Shown in pieces: positions 38,478 through 50,605 of a stretch of DNA of 64,000 nucleotides (within the stretch, counting starts at the first letter, position 1; the number at the start of each line of letters is the position of its first letter). Where the stretch lies: NCBI RefSeq assembly GCF_006345805.1, contig NC_043006.1, positions 100,564,001 through 100,628,000 of the forward strand, given 5' to 3'. The translations under genes and the position numbers were made by a program. Source of the stretch: Octopus sinensis. Lineage: Eukaryota. The notes under the pieces were generated by a model. It was not told the DNA's origin. It did not search any database and saw only the letters and a program-made list of their open reading frames with translations.

Positions 38478-39647
38478 GTGTTGTCTAATTTCAACAGAAT
38501 AAAGTCTGTTGAAATTATTCACGAAAGTAGTGCTCTTGAGGAGAGCAATGTTAAAAAATTTTCTGCGGTAGCCGCAGTGGCTACCGAGAACATTGACATC
38601 GATGTCAATCAGCTCGTCGAGCTATTTAAAAGAATGCAAGAGGAGGGTGGTGATGTTAAAATATCACCCTCCGCCAGTATCGTGGAGACCGAGAAGCGGA
38701 CCGTAGTGTTTAAAACTTTCTGTCCACAAAGCAGAAGGTTCAAACACTTTGAAAAAAGCACCATCGAGAAATGTCTGTCCCCGATTTGGAAGGACATCGT
38801 GTACGTCGCCAGGGGACGGGCATATGGCACTGTGGATGTCCGCTTCTCGGGGGAAGAAATGGCCCGCGGGCATTCTGTGAACCCCCTAAAAACCAAGGAG
38901 GTGGTACTTTTCCCAAGCTATAGGGGACGCAGGACGTCCCGGGTCAGGATTGTAGAAGCCCCGCCGGAAGTAGATCCGGTAGAGGTAGTGGCCGCCCTGT
39001 TATATAAAAGGGCGGACAAAATAAAAATACTTCAAGTAACATGCTCTACCCCTCTATTTTGGCTCGGGCGTAACATTAATATATTAATTCAAGGAACAGC
39101 GGAGGACCTGCAGCTCCTTTCTGAGAGGGTGCTCGTGGGCGAGAACATAGCCCTCAGGGTACAGGTCGAAGGCCGAAAACCCACCTGTTACGCCTGCGGC
39201 AAAAAGGGCCACATTCGTGTAGACTGTCCAGACAAGCAAAAGAAACCGCAGACACCAGGCCCCTCAGATAATAAAAAAGTCCCTACCCTTGCAAACACAC
39301 CTACCCCTACAAAAACAAAAAATCCCACTCCTGCTGTTACGGTGCCAACCCCAAAACAGACTGAAGAAAAAACCCAGCCCTCGCACTCACAAACCCCTAC
39401 ACTATTAAAACCTCCCACCCCCCTAAAAACTGCGGCGCCCACCGAACAAACTATTGCTATCCCAGACGATACCATGGAGGTATCAGAGGGGGGATTTACA
39501 CCAGTTCGTAAAAGAATTCGTGCAGCATCCCCGTCCACATCCCCTACAAAAAATAATAAAAACAAAGACACACCACAGACACGGAAAAAAAATCCCGCTC
39601 AACTGGCCCAGAAAAAGAAGACAAAAAAGAAAATGAACTCATATTAA
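38478..39647 (+). CDS. LINE ORF1 (gag-like nucleic-acid-binding protein); probably extends to 39904 in the -1 frame
   Basis: 389-codon ORF (TTG start, first ATG 38634) with an RRM-like segment (RGRAYGTVDVRF), CX2CX4HX4C knuckle CYACGKKGHIRVDC (39186-39227) and a P/T/K-rich tail. Confidence 0.85.
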   Translation: MLSNFNRIKSVEIIHESSALEESNVKKFSAVAAVATENIDIDVNQLVELFKRMQEEGGDVKISPSASIVETEKRTVVFKTFCPQSRRFKHFEKSTIEKCLSPIWKDIVYVARGRAYGTVDVRFSGEEMARGHSVNPLKTKEVVLFPSYRGRRTSRVRIVEAPPEVDPVEVVAALLYKRADKIKILQVTCSTPLFWLGRNINILIQGTAEDLQLLSERVLVGENIALRVQVEGRKPTCYACGKKGHIRVDCPDKQKKPQTPGPSDNKKVPTLANTPTPTKTKNPTPAVTVPTPKQTEEKTQPSHSQTPTLLKPPTPLKTAAPTEQTIAIPDDTMEVSEGGFTPVRKRIRAASPSTSPTKNNKNKDTPQTRKKNPAQLAQKKKTKKKMNSY

Positions 39648-39921
39648 TTGAATTCGACACACAAGACAAATACATAAACGATATTGTGGTTCAGCATCAG
39701 TCAGCAAGACTGTACAACAAATACAAAGATCGAAATAGACACGCGTGGATTGCGGAAACAACGTTCAAACAATTAAAAGACAGACACCCAAACGCCATCC
39801 GGCATATCGCGAACTTGCCGGACTATCTGAAGAAAGAGGAGAAAGAAGGGGCCCACAAACGTGTGGTGAGGTCGGTCCCCACCTCTCCAACGAAATGTAA
39901 GTAGAACTTTTACTTTTTGTA

Positions 39922-42900
39922 ATGGCTTCGCTTAACCTTGGTTGTTTAAATGTGCGTGGTCTGAGTTCGAAGTGGAAGCAGGCTTGTTTCCTCGACGACC
40001 TCAGATCACATGATATACATGTGATGGTTGCTACAGAGACCAAGCTGGACAGCCTACAAACCTTCTCGCCTCTCCTGAATGGCTACGAGAAAATCATGTC
40101 TCCTGGCCAGACCGGAGGGCGAGGGGGCGTAGTGGTACTGATCCGTAAAGACTTGGCTCTACAGACAAGTACAGTCTATGTAGACCCAGAAGGTGGGCTG
40201 ATCGTCCTTGATGTGACATACAGCAGTAAGGCCTTCAGGTTGATCGGACTCTATGCACCTTGTGCTAGAGGTTTCCAAACTGATTTTTATCGGCGCCTAG
40301 AGGGCTTTCTCGTGACGTCGAAGACTTTAGTGATATTAGGAGACTTTAATGCTATCGTTGACGTACACATCGATAGCATTGGCTCGATCTATAGGAAAGT
40401 GAACTCACGTCTCGTGGATCTGCTTAAGCGGTTTCAGCTGGCAGATCGTTACAGACTTGACCATCCGAACGTCCCAGAGTGGACCTGGATGAGTGACGAC
40501 GGAAGGTTCAAGTCTTATCTAGACAGGATAGTGATAAGAACTAGAGATAAGTCTAGTTTTAGTTGTCCACAGCTCGTCCAGGTGCCCTATACTAACCATA
40601 GAATGGTCACGTGTAGACTGGACATAGATAGCACACTTAAGATAGGAACCGGCTACTGGAAGCTGAACAATTCTATTTTGACCCGCGAGGCATACCGTAG
40701 CCGGATTAAGGTGTTAGTGCAGAGGGCGTTAACCGGAGCCGTGGTTAACAACCGGTGGTGGTTCACCCTCAAAAGAGCCATTCGATTCGAGTCCATTAGA
40801 TTTAGTAAACAACTAAAACTAGATAGGGCTAGAATAGAAGGGCAACTAGTTAAGAACTTAGAGGAGGCGTTGAGGTTGGGCTCTGCATCTCACATTTTAG
40901 CGGCGAGAACGGCATTAGACCGTCACCTCAAAACCAAACATGAGGGATGTAGAGTCCGGGCTAAAGTACGAGCATTGGGCCGTGAGGGAATTAATGTTGC
41001 CGGATGGGCCCGTACGATAGAAACACAGCGTGGAAACGATGCCACAATTGGGTCTCTTGTTGATGAAAACGGATGCACGATCAAGAAGCGGGACGAGATG
41101 TGTGAGGCACTTCACAAGCACTTCGCCGAGTTGTTCGGGAGGTGCGGGACGCTGGATCATGGTGAGGCCCTTAGGGACTTCCTGTCTGGTGGCCCGCGCC
41201 TCTCGACACGAGAGGCTGAGTGCTGTGAAGGGCCAATCACAGCCGAGGAAGTAATCGAGGTGTTGGGCAAGTGCCCCGGGGAGAAGTCGCCGGGTCTCGA
41301 TGGTCTGCCCTATGAATTTTATAGAAGTATGCCAGACTTGTTCGGGCACCTGCTGGCTAGCTTCTACGCCAACCGGCAGCAGAATGGGAGAATTATCAAG
41401 TCTGCGAGCCGGGGGGCGGTGATGTTGATCAGGAAGGACCCGAACAAGGGGGACGAGATAGGGAACTTCAGGCCCATAACTCTGTTAAACACAGAGTTAA
41501 AGATTCTGGCCAAGGTGCTAGCAAAAAGGTTGGCGCGGGTCGTGGACAAACTTGTCGGGGAAGCGCAAACGTGCGCTATCCCCGGCAGAACGATCCACGA
41601 CAATCTCCACCTTATACGCTACTCCTTAGAGAGGGTGGGGAAGCTTTCTGGCGCAGGGGGAGCACTGGTACATTTAGACCAGTCCAAAGCATTTGATAGG
41701 GTCGACCATCGGTACCTGGCGGCGGTCCTCGGAGAGGCTGGCCTAGGACCGACCTTTCGAGGTTGGATCGCTGCTTTGTATAGCGACATCGAGTCTGTAG
41801 TCAAGGTGAACGGTTCCTTTTCGAAGCCGTTCAGGATCGAGCGTTCAGTTCGTCAAGGGTGTCCCCTGTCCTCGCTCCTATACGTATTGACTCTTGAGCC
41901 TTTGCTGCGGAAGTTGGAGGCACTAGGGGGCGCGCCGCATGATCTATGGTGTGGAAGAGGAGCTACGGCGTATGCGGATGACACCTCCATCATCATGGCA
42001 GACGAAGGCCAGCTTCCAGTGGTGGAAGAGGCCATCAAAAGCTACGAGGCGGTGGCAGGAGCAAAGGTTAACAAGGACAAGTCGGTCGGTTTGCAACTCG
42101 GCACCTGGAGGGGCAAGCCGATGCCGTCCAATAACGTCGTAGGGCGTTGGACGGAAGGTCCTGTTAAGCTGCTCGGAGTCTGGTTCGGGCCAGACCTCCA
42201 GATTGAGAAAAATTGGAGTGAGGTGGCCAACAGACCTCGTCTGGGCGGGCGTTATCCCTGCTAGGGAAGGCGGAGGTGGTGCAGATGTTTATAGCATCAG
42301 TAATCACCTACCGTCTGACCGTGGTGCCTTGCCCCGATTTGTGGCTGAACAAGTTGGAGAGAATCCTTTTCCGATTTTTGTGGAAAGGAGGAAAGCCACT
42401 TGTAAAGCGCTCTGTCTGCTGCCAGAAACCGCTAAAAGGTGGGCTAGGGATGCCTTGGCTGAGGATGCGAAAACTCGCGTTAAGGTTGAGGCACCTCTGG
42501 CTTTACCTGGATGGAGAGCAGGTGTGGTCACCGCACGTCCGGTTCTACCTTCCCCAGTTAACATCCCTAACGGACATCGGTGCATGGATCAAGCGGAGAC
42601 CTAAACTGAGTGAATGGCATTTGGAGTGCCGTCAGGCGCTCCAGCTACTATCTCGGGTGGGCAACGCCGGCAACAGGAGTTCCACCACGGATTTCTATAG
42701 CGGGTTAGTGGAGATTAAGTCCGAAGACGCCTTGGGGGAGACTCTGGGCTACGATGAAAATCAGTTGGTCAACCTGTTCAGGAGGACGTTCGGGCCGGGG
42801 TATCTGGATAATTACCAGAAATCCCTGGCCTGGCAGTGTTTCCGTGCGGCTTTACCTGTTCGCGACAAGCTGTCAAGGCACGGTAGTGCCGTCTCGCCGA

Positions 42901-43304
42901 CATGCCCGCGATGTGAGCAGGATAGGGAGACCGTCTTGCACGCATTCGTGGTGTGTCCGGAGTTATCGGGACTGATAGCTTTTGTTGAACAACTGTTGTC
43001 AGTGATGAGAAGAGTACAGCTATCAGCTGAGTCTATCATCGAGATTGTGCCGCCCCCTTTCCTTAACAGGGAAAGAAAGGCTTGTTTGTTCTGTGTAGTA
43101 GCCATACTGAAAGAAACAGTATGGAAGACGCGTACGAAAGGTATAGTGACAGGCACCTTTGTCTCCGGCCAGGGGTTGATTAACTTTTTTAGTTACCACC
43201 TCAGTAGCAAAATCAGGCTGGAGAAGAGGTGTCTGTCACGAGATATGTTTGTGAAAAGATGGAAGCCTGTGGCATACAAGATGGGTATGTTTGGCACCAG
43301 GTAA
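39922..43304 (+). pseudogene. LINE ORF2 (APE endonuclease, reverse transcriptase, C-terminal CCHC zinc finger) split by one frameshift near 42235
   Basis: LNVRGL, ETK, LYAP, GDFN, LDR, TNH (endonuclease); KSPGLDG, NFRPITLLN, LDQSKAFDRV, VRQGCPLS, YADD (41971-41982); NW...(shift)...GRALSLLGK; CPRC..RETVLHAFVVC. Confidence 0.93.
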
Positions 43305-43539
43305 GTGTGACCGGATCAGAAAGTAAAGGTTCTACCCGGATGGCTGGGTGTCCGTCCTTCGACATGATCATTAATATTTTTAAACATTGCCTTCGTAAAA
43401 TTCATTGTTTATAATCTTATCCGTAATTTCATTCGAAAATTGTAACTGTGTTAAGCTACTTCACCCTTTATATTTGTCTGTACTTGTTTGTCCCCTCTTT
43501 GTAAATGCCTAAATAGCAAATTATATGAAATAAAGTAGC

Positions 43540-43908
43540 TGGCTGTGTGGTAAGTAGCTTGCTAACCGGCCACATGGTTCCGGTTTCAGTCCCACTGCGT
43601 GGCATCTTGGGCAAGTGTCTTCTACTATAGCCTCGGGCCGACCAATGCCTTGTGAGTGGATTTGGTAGACGGAAACTGAAAGAAGCCTGTCGTATATATG
43701 TATATATATGTATTTGTGTGTTTGTGTGTGTGTGTTTGTCTCCCTAGCATTGCTTGACAACCGATGCTGGTGTGTTTACGTCCCCGTCACTTAGCGGTTC
43801 GGCAAAAGACACCAATAGAATAAGTACTGGGCTTACAAAGAATAAGTCCCGGGGTCGATTTGCTCGACTAAAGGCGGTGCTCCAGTAAAAGAGAGTAAAA
43901 GAGAGTAA
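43540..43908 (+). mobile_element. SINE family A, right part of the copy interrupted by the LINE
   Basis: Starts at the A-box; family A body with a short 3' deletion. Confidence 0.9.
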
Positions 43909-44280
43909 GCCACGTTAGTTGATCCTCTTTCGGGAGAGGAATGCTGTCATACGCATACTACATGTTTATGGCATAAGTCACGGTGCTCCCGAAACACATG
44001 TTGAGATAAGACTTGTATTTCCTTTATTCTGTAAGCTGTATATGGTATGCTATGTAAATTCACGCAGCTTTAAGCATACATGTGTTTATATGCATTTCTT
44101 CTTCCATAAAAACTCAACAAGGATTGTTCTTATAGCTTACTTTTAATACTGATGTGCTACGGCTGAATAAAGAGGTTCAAATTTCAGTTCTTATCCATCT
44201 GAGCAAGCTCGTCGGATAGAACGTATCGGTAATTCATAGGTAAACAGATTGCACACGTTGTGTTTCGCTGTTTCTGAAAG

Positions 44281-44368
44281 AATATTGCTTTAAAATATTG
44301 CTTTAAAATATTGCTTTAAAATATTGCTTTAAAATATTGCTTTAAAATATTGCTTTAAAATATTGCTT
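44281..44368. repeat. 13-bp minisatellite (aaaatattgcttt) x ~6.8
   Basis: Perfect tandem units from 44292 to 44356 with partial units at both ends. Confidence 0.97.
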
Positions 44369-44561
44369 AAAAATCCATGTATTTCAAATTATCAAACAAC
44401 TGCAGTTTCTTCTCAATGAGCAAGTATTTGAGTTGATGGAACAACGCAAGTATCATCGTCGAAAGCGATGGAGAACCGTCAACATCGAAATGTGTGAGTG
44501 TGTGCATGCATATTTGTGTATGTGTGTGTGTGTGTGTGTGTCTGTGTGTGTGTGTGTGCGC

Positions 44562-44600
<39 letters not shown>

Positions 44601-46178
44601 TGCGCGCGCGTTCCAGCATGAACTCAGCCTCTGGTTGAAGCCATTAAATAGTTATAGCAGGGGAGAGAGGGGAGAAAAAGAGACAAATTCTGTCATTTTC
44701 AAAATTTAGTCTTAGATAGATGAATGTCTTGCGAGTATAAAAGTTGCGGAATCTCTAAATACATTTAAAGTTATGATAATTCATTAAATTTATTTTATTT
44801 TTATTTTTCTATTTTTATTAAATCTCTTTTCCTTAGAATTTTCTATTTAAACTTACTTTCTTTCCTAACTTCTATACGTGTATTTGTATGTTTTCTGCTT
44901 TCTGTTTATTCCTCTCTAAGCTTTATATCCTTTTGGAAATCTTGTGAATTGCTGAAGTTATAGAAAAATGAATTGAGCGAATCCAATCTTAAAGATTTCC
45001 TGATTTTCTAGTTGTTGCTTAAAATCAGATGATAAGATTTTACTGAAATTTTGTTGTTCTCGAATCGAAATACATGAGTGTAGGAAGACACGTATCCTCT
45101 TGGTTTCTGTGCTGGAGGATGTTGCGCTCACACGTGTTTAAGTCGTGGTATTGACTTCGGTCAGAGATGCGCGTTGCATCCTTAAACAACGTATTCCAGG
45201 TTATGTTGCTGCCAAGACTAGTAACATCTGGGAGCAAATGATACAGCACGTTAGCGCTTCATTGAGGGAAATGCCTTATACTAAATCACCTAAAGCCGCT
45301 CAGAAAATTGGATGAGCTCCGGCCTCATATCCTTGTAAATTCGCTATTAAGGATTAAAGATGAGTATGGAAATGGCTGTTCAACTTTCGTTGGGGGCCGA
45401 GCAGGCGAATATTAGAGTGATATTCCTGCTTCAATATACAGCGTAATTATGCGAATTACTGTTTCATAATTACTGTACCTGCAAGAAAAATTGAAACCAA
45501 ATTACAAACAAATGACATCCTACCAGTCTTTAGCATTTTATGCACAGAAAAAGGGAATGTTTTGAACGTTAAACAAGAAATCCGGACATTGTTTGAAGCA
45601 ATTAATGTGATAACAAGGAAATAACTGACTATATAATCTTCACACTAATGTCTTTTCGTTTTCTGTTTTCTGAAAATCTCATACTTCTAGGTTATGGACA
45701 AAAGGTTGCTGATCAGAGATGAGATTTATACGTATGGAATACTAGAATATATGTGGGTTGTATCTTGTACGTCAGTTTTTCTTTGATGTTCCTTCTTTGT
45801 AATACAGTATTGTAATATATACAGTCTATATATTTGATAAAGATGAATTGCTTTCAGAACGTCGTTTTACAAGGATGTGGCGACTACAGAGAGAAACTGA
45901 AATACGTGGAGCAGCTCACAAACAAACAGAAGACAAGGAAAGGAAAATCGTTGATATGCACCTCCAGACAGTATGAATGTAGCATTCTATCCTTGAAAAC
46001 CAAACATGTTCATATCAATACAAAATGTACATCTCAAACTCATGTAGTCAGCCATCGATAACAAAACAGTTATGACTAACATCTAAAACTGTACCTAAAT
46101 GACTTTGAAAGAAATGCGATTACCTTCCTCATTTGCAATACTTTCAACTGTCTAGCAATGGATTTTGTGCTAAACCTA

Positions 46179-46409
46179 TTTCTTTTCTAACCACAAGGGG
46201 CTAGACACAGAGAGGACAAACAAAGAGACAAACGGATTAAGTCGGTTATATCGACCCCAGTGCGTAACTGGTACTTATTTAATCGACCCCGAAAGGATGG
46301 AAGGCAAAGTTGACCTCGGCGGAATTTGAACTCAGAACGTAGCGGCAGACGAAATACCGCTAAGCATTTCACCCGGTGTGCTAACGATTCTGCCAGCTCG
46401 CCGCCTTAT
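46179..46409 (-). mobile_element. Young SINE-B copy with 16-bp TSD
   Basis: Minus: ggcggcgagctggcagaatcgttagcac..., gagttcaaattcc; TSD ttttgtgctaaaccta at 46163-46178 and 46410-46425. Confidence 0.93.
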
Positions 46410-46957
46410 TTTTGTGCTAAACCTACCACACTACGGGCCCATCTGTCTGCTGTCTCCTTAATAGGTAGCTGCCTGTCAGACCGCATTGTCGTAGCGTGTA
46501 GAAATTGATCTCCGTTCGATTACCTTCTATCAAATATGATGTATCCCAGGCTTCGATTTTGTTCCCAGATCTCTATCTCACAGGCACTAATTTCCAAGAA
46601 ATCCCATTCTCAGGAAGATGGCATTACCCTTCATTTTGACACCCACAAGCGTTAGTTACATGCAACCAAAACAATTCTTGTCAAATCTGCGCGGATTCTA
46701 TGAATTACAAGTACGGAAAACATCCTATCGTTATTCCAACCTTACCTTCATCAAGCGATAAACAGTGCTGCTATTATCAAGAAAAATAATCATCGCACCT
46801 CAGGCCTCTTCCCTTAAGAGCAGTATGGAGATAATATCAATCGATAGCTGATAGAACCAAATACTGGACCTCAGCATCACTCATAATCTGATGTAGAAAA
46901 TGCTCCTCAATTATATAACTAAAGCTACAGCTACAGCTCAAAGCATAGTTCTTCTCT

Positions 46958-47364
46958 GGATCTTTTCGGTTTGACCGGCAGTTTTTACTAGCGGTGTCAT
47001 ATGAAATTGTCACCCATAATTATGACCCTACTATCGATCTATTGCATTTCAATCTGTTTTAGGGTTAGGGGTGGGGGAAGGGTATCTTTTTTTCTTCAGA
47101 AATGTAAATAAACCCAATCTGTTTCTTAAACGAGGGACATATTCATACGGCACAGAATGTTTTCACCTCAATGGACGTCATTGATTGGTTGAAATTGCAA
47201 AAATTGAAAAAAATCAACAAATATCTTACAAACTATAGAATTTTCTCAATAAAGCCAAGAGAAAAAGATGTTTTATAAACACATTCTACCAGTATACGAA
47301 GTTTAAAAGTGTTTAGTTACGTGGAAATTATTTTTAAAAACTGCCGGTCAAACCGAAAAGATCC
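46958..47364 (+). mobile_element. MITE (407 bp) with perfect 29-bp GG-ended TIRs and 8-bp TSD
   Basis: ggatcttttcggtttgaccggcagttttt / aaaaactgccggtcaaaccgaaaagatcc; TSD tcttctct at 46950-46957 and 47365-47372; shares acacattctaccagtatacgaagttt with 25132-26520. Confidence 0.93.
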
Positions 47365-48254
47365 TCTTCTCTTGTTAATTGCCTACAGATCAGGGGAAAT
47401 ATTTTTCAAACACATTGTTATGTGAAAGAATAATAACAACATCAGTGAACACTGACACATCCCTATATATAGCTAACAGAGAACATATTTGAAACCCAGT
47501 GCACACAGCACATGTACTCCTTCAGACGCAGGAATAGGATGAAAACCATATCAATGTATATGGAAACTCAAATGAAGAAGTATTCACAATATTCCAATAA
47601 ATTGAGACCATTGTATTTTTCCCAGTTGTTTAACAGTGTTTGGTTATAAAAAAAAAAGTAAAGGATTAAGTCAAATATTCTTGTAACGACGCTCAGAGAT
47701 TGCGTTAAACACTTAGAAACCAAAACTCCTAAACTATCACAAAGCATTCAACTCTTGAATCATGAATATTTGAATCGAGGATAAATATTTCCTGTAACAT
47801 TCTGATATTATTCATGATTTAAGTTTTTTTTTAATTTTTTATCGACGTCCGTATTGCATAGTTATATTAACATTCAGTCTAACTAGGTGAACTCTTAAGA
47901 CTGACAACAGGAAGTTAAACATTCTATATTAGCGTCTATCAGGAAGTGTTGTTGTAATGTATCTGTGTTATGAAAGACGACAATATTTTCTAGTTTCCTT
48001 TGAAGTGTTCTTTCACTCATTTAATCATTTATTCATTTATTATATATATATATATATTTAATTCATATATTCATTGAATTATTTATGTATTGATTATTAT
48101 TATTTTCATCACGAGGCTGTTCAACTAACAGAATTGAGATTTATTCGCGAGCGTTTGCACTCCACGTTCGCGTCTCGCTCCAGTTGTAATTATTTACAAT
48201 TAATAACATTGCTCTTAAACTTAAAATAATGACTACCGCTACTACTCGTACTAC

Positions 48255-48529
48255 TGCTACTGCTGTTATTATTATTATTGTTATTATTATTATTATTATT
48301 ATTATATTATTATTATGATGATGATGATGATGATGATGATGAATCGATGACAGCGAGCTTACATAATTGTTACTGCGCCGGACAAAATGCTTATCTGTAT
48401 TTCTTCCGCACTTACGTTAAAATGCAATTGTGATCCTTTTGGGGTGGATTAAATGAACACCAGTCGAGTAGTAGTAGTAGTAATAGTAGGTGGTGGTGGT
48501 GATGGTGGTGGTGGTGGTGGTGGTAGTAT

Positions 48530-48589
<60 letters not shown>

Positions 48590-48660
48590 CAGCAGCAGCA
48601 ACAGCAGTAGTAGTAGTAGTAGTAGTGGTGGTGGTGGTGGTGGTAGTAGCAGTAGTTGCG
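48255..48660. repeat. (ATT)n(GAT)n and (TAG)n/(TGG)n/(CAG)n compound trinucleotide repeats
   Basis: Direct inspection; source of poly-S/G/V/T ORFs. Confidence 0.93.
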
Positions 48661-48895
48661 GCTGCTGTATGCTGCGAACTGTCGCGTTTCACAGAACTTT
48701 GCAAAATGATTTTTCTCAGGTTTATTGTTTGAGACGGAATTTCTTTTGCGTGTTTTTTTGTTTTTTCTTTTTAGTTCTGGAGGTGACTTTGAAACATGTG
48801 CGAGCCGATTCAATGGCGCTGTGCAGAAAAGTGTCCTTGCTCCTAGACACTTTTAAACTGCATACACATTTTGTTAAGTGACTCTTTACAATAAA

Positions 48896-49258
48896 GGTGC
48901 AGGCGTGGCTGTTGTGATAAGAAGCTTGCTTCCAAACCACATGATTTCGAGTTCAATCCCACCTTGGGCAAGTATCTTCTACTTTAGCCTCGAGCTGACC
49001 CAACACTTGTGTGTGGATTTGGTCGACAGAAATTGAAAGAAGCCTGTCGTATATATATGTATATATATATATATATATATATTTATTTATATATATACAT
49101 ACACTTATGTGTTTGTGTCTGTGTTCGTCCTCCACCATTAACAACCAATGTTGGTGCGCTTACGTCCCCGTACATTAGTGGTTCGGCAAGATAGTCCGAT
49201 AGAATAAGTACTGGCCTTACAAAGAATAAGTACTGAGGGAGATTTCTTCGACTAAAAA
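48896..49258 (+). mobile_element. SINE family A, older diverged copy
   Basis: ggtgcaggcgtggctg head, ccttgggcaagt, gtggatttggt.gac.gaaa.tgaaagaagcctgtcg, gaataagtactg. Confidence 0.85.
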
Positions 49259-50304
49259 GCAAGAACACAACACGTCGCCCTATACAGGAATCAAAACCAC
49301 AATCTTACGATCATACCTAGCCACGCGCCTCCACCGCACTTCTCAGTAATGCGCAATTAAATGATCTCAACCTCACTGTCACGATCACCAACGACTGACT
49401 ACCGCAGGGAGGTCAATGGGTTTCTTCCTTCTGCACATGGCCGTAAAATATACGTTTTAGTATCATATTTAATGCGGCGTTCAGGTGGACATATAGACTG
49501 GAGAAAGGTGAAGAGAAGCGTCACAGTGAGTAAGAATAAATATGGGATAAAAAAAAAACCGCCGAGTTAAGAAAAAATTCATGCAAGTCTCACATAAAGA
49601 CGTACCATCGTCCATTGACTACCTGAGTTTTGCAGTATTTCAGAAAGTGGTCTTAGTTTATTTGATTTAATGCTGAATCTGAAAAAAGAGCGAATCAAAT
49701 GACCAATCAGATAATATATTGATTTACGTAAAGAAGGTGGAAACAACAATTCAGCGTTCAAATAGAACATATTTGATGAGTGTCACAGCGATAGTCTAAC
49801 GAGAGGCGATAGATCATGGCCAAGTAAATGTGGACCGCAAGATGGTTCGGGTAAGGGTAAAAATTGTCACAGGGTATTTTGAAGTCCTCAGTACACAGAC
49901 GGCAATTTCATATACATTCGTTAGTAGATCTTCAGTGTTCCGAAGGTGATTTGCCTTCGTTTATACTTTTTCGGTACCAAGTTTTAATTCTACGTTTTTT
50001 ACCCACACCCTAAGATACATATACACATGTTTCTATGTACTTAAATTGTTTATGCACGTATGTATACATCTATGAACATCCAACCCCCACATGATTTGTA
50101 ACTCTTTTGTATGACACGTTTTGTATTGTATGTATGGACACTTGTGGCCAATAAAATACGATTATTATTCCCTTTCTTTCACATCCTTTTCTCTCCTTTT
50201 ATTTCTGTATTTTTTTTTTCCTTTTGTTCGTATCTGTCTTTCGCCATCTTAGTCTTTTCTTTCATTTCTCCTTGTTCTCTCCTTTATGTTCCCATTCATA
50301 CTAT

Positions 50305-50324
50305 TACAACCGCTACTACTACTT

Positions 50325-50388
<64 letters not shown>

Positions 50389-50538
50389 CACTACTACTAC
50401 TTTATCTTCGTTTTTCCATATTATTTTACTATTGCTACTAATGTTAAAACTACAACTCGTCTTACACATTCCTCTACTTTTTCTTTATATGATATTCCTA
50501 TTACTATAACAACAATCACCAATATTACCACCACTACC

Positions 50539-50579
<41 letters not shown>

Positions 50580-50605
50580 CACTATTACTATTACTACTAC
50601 TACAT
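50305..50605. repeat. (ACT)n trinucleotide repeats
   Basis: Direct inspection. Confidence 0.92.

Larger units (their letters stand above)
38106..43539 (+). mobile_element. Near-full-length L1-superfamily (Tx1-like) non-LTR retrotransposon
   Basis: 5' UTR, zinc-knuckle ORF1, APE-RT-CCHC ORF2, ~235-nt 3' UTR with AATAAA (43529-43534); flanked by duplicated tggctgtgtggtaagtagcttg (38084-38105, 43540-43561). Tx1 assignment is inferred from ORF1/ORF2 architecture. Confidence 0.93.

Noticed and set aside
38609-43156. Many short antisense and alternate-frame ORFs over the LINE
   Set aside because: Shadow ORFs of the GC-richer ORF1/ORF2 coding sequence, with no motifs of their own.
43521-43760. Recurring ...YDRLLSVSVYQIHSQG... 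ORFs (also 31581-31841, 51829-52068, 58592-58894)
   Set aside because: Antisense translations of SINE-A, not a gene family.
48417-48881. Poly-S/G/T/V/Y ORFs; also poly-T at 50111-50509, poly-K at 29720-29977 and poly-M at 11461-11658
   Set aside because: Trinucleotide repeat translations with no other coding evidence.
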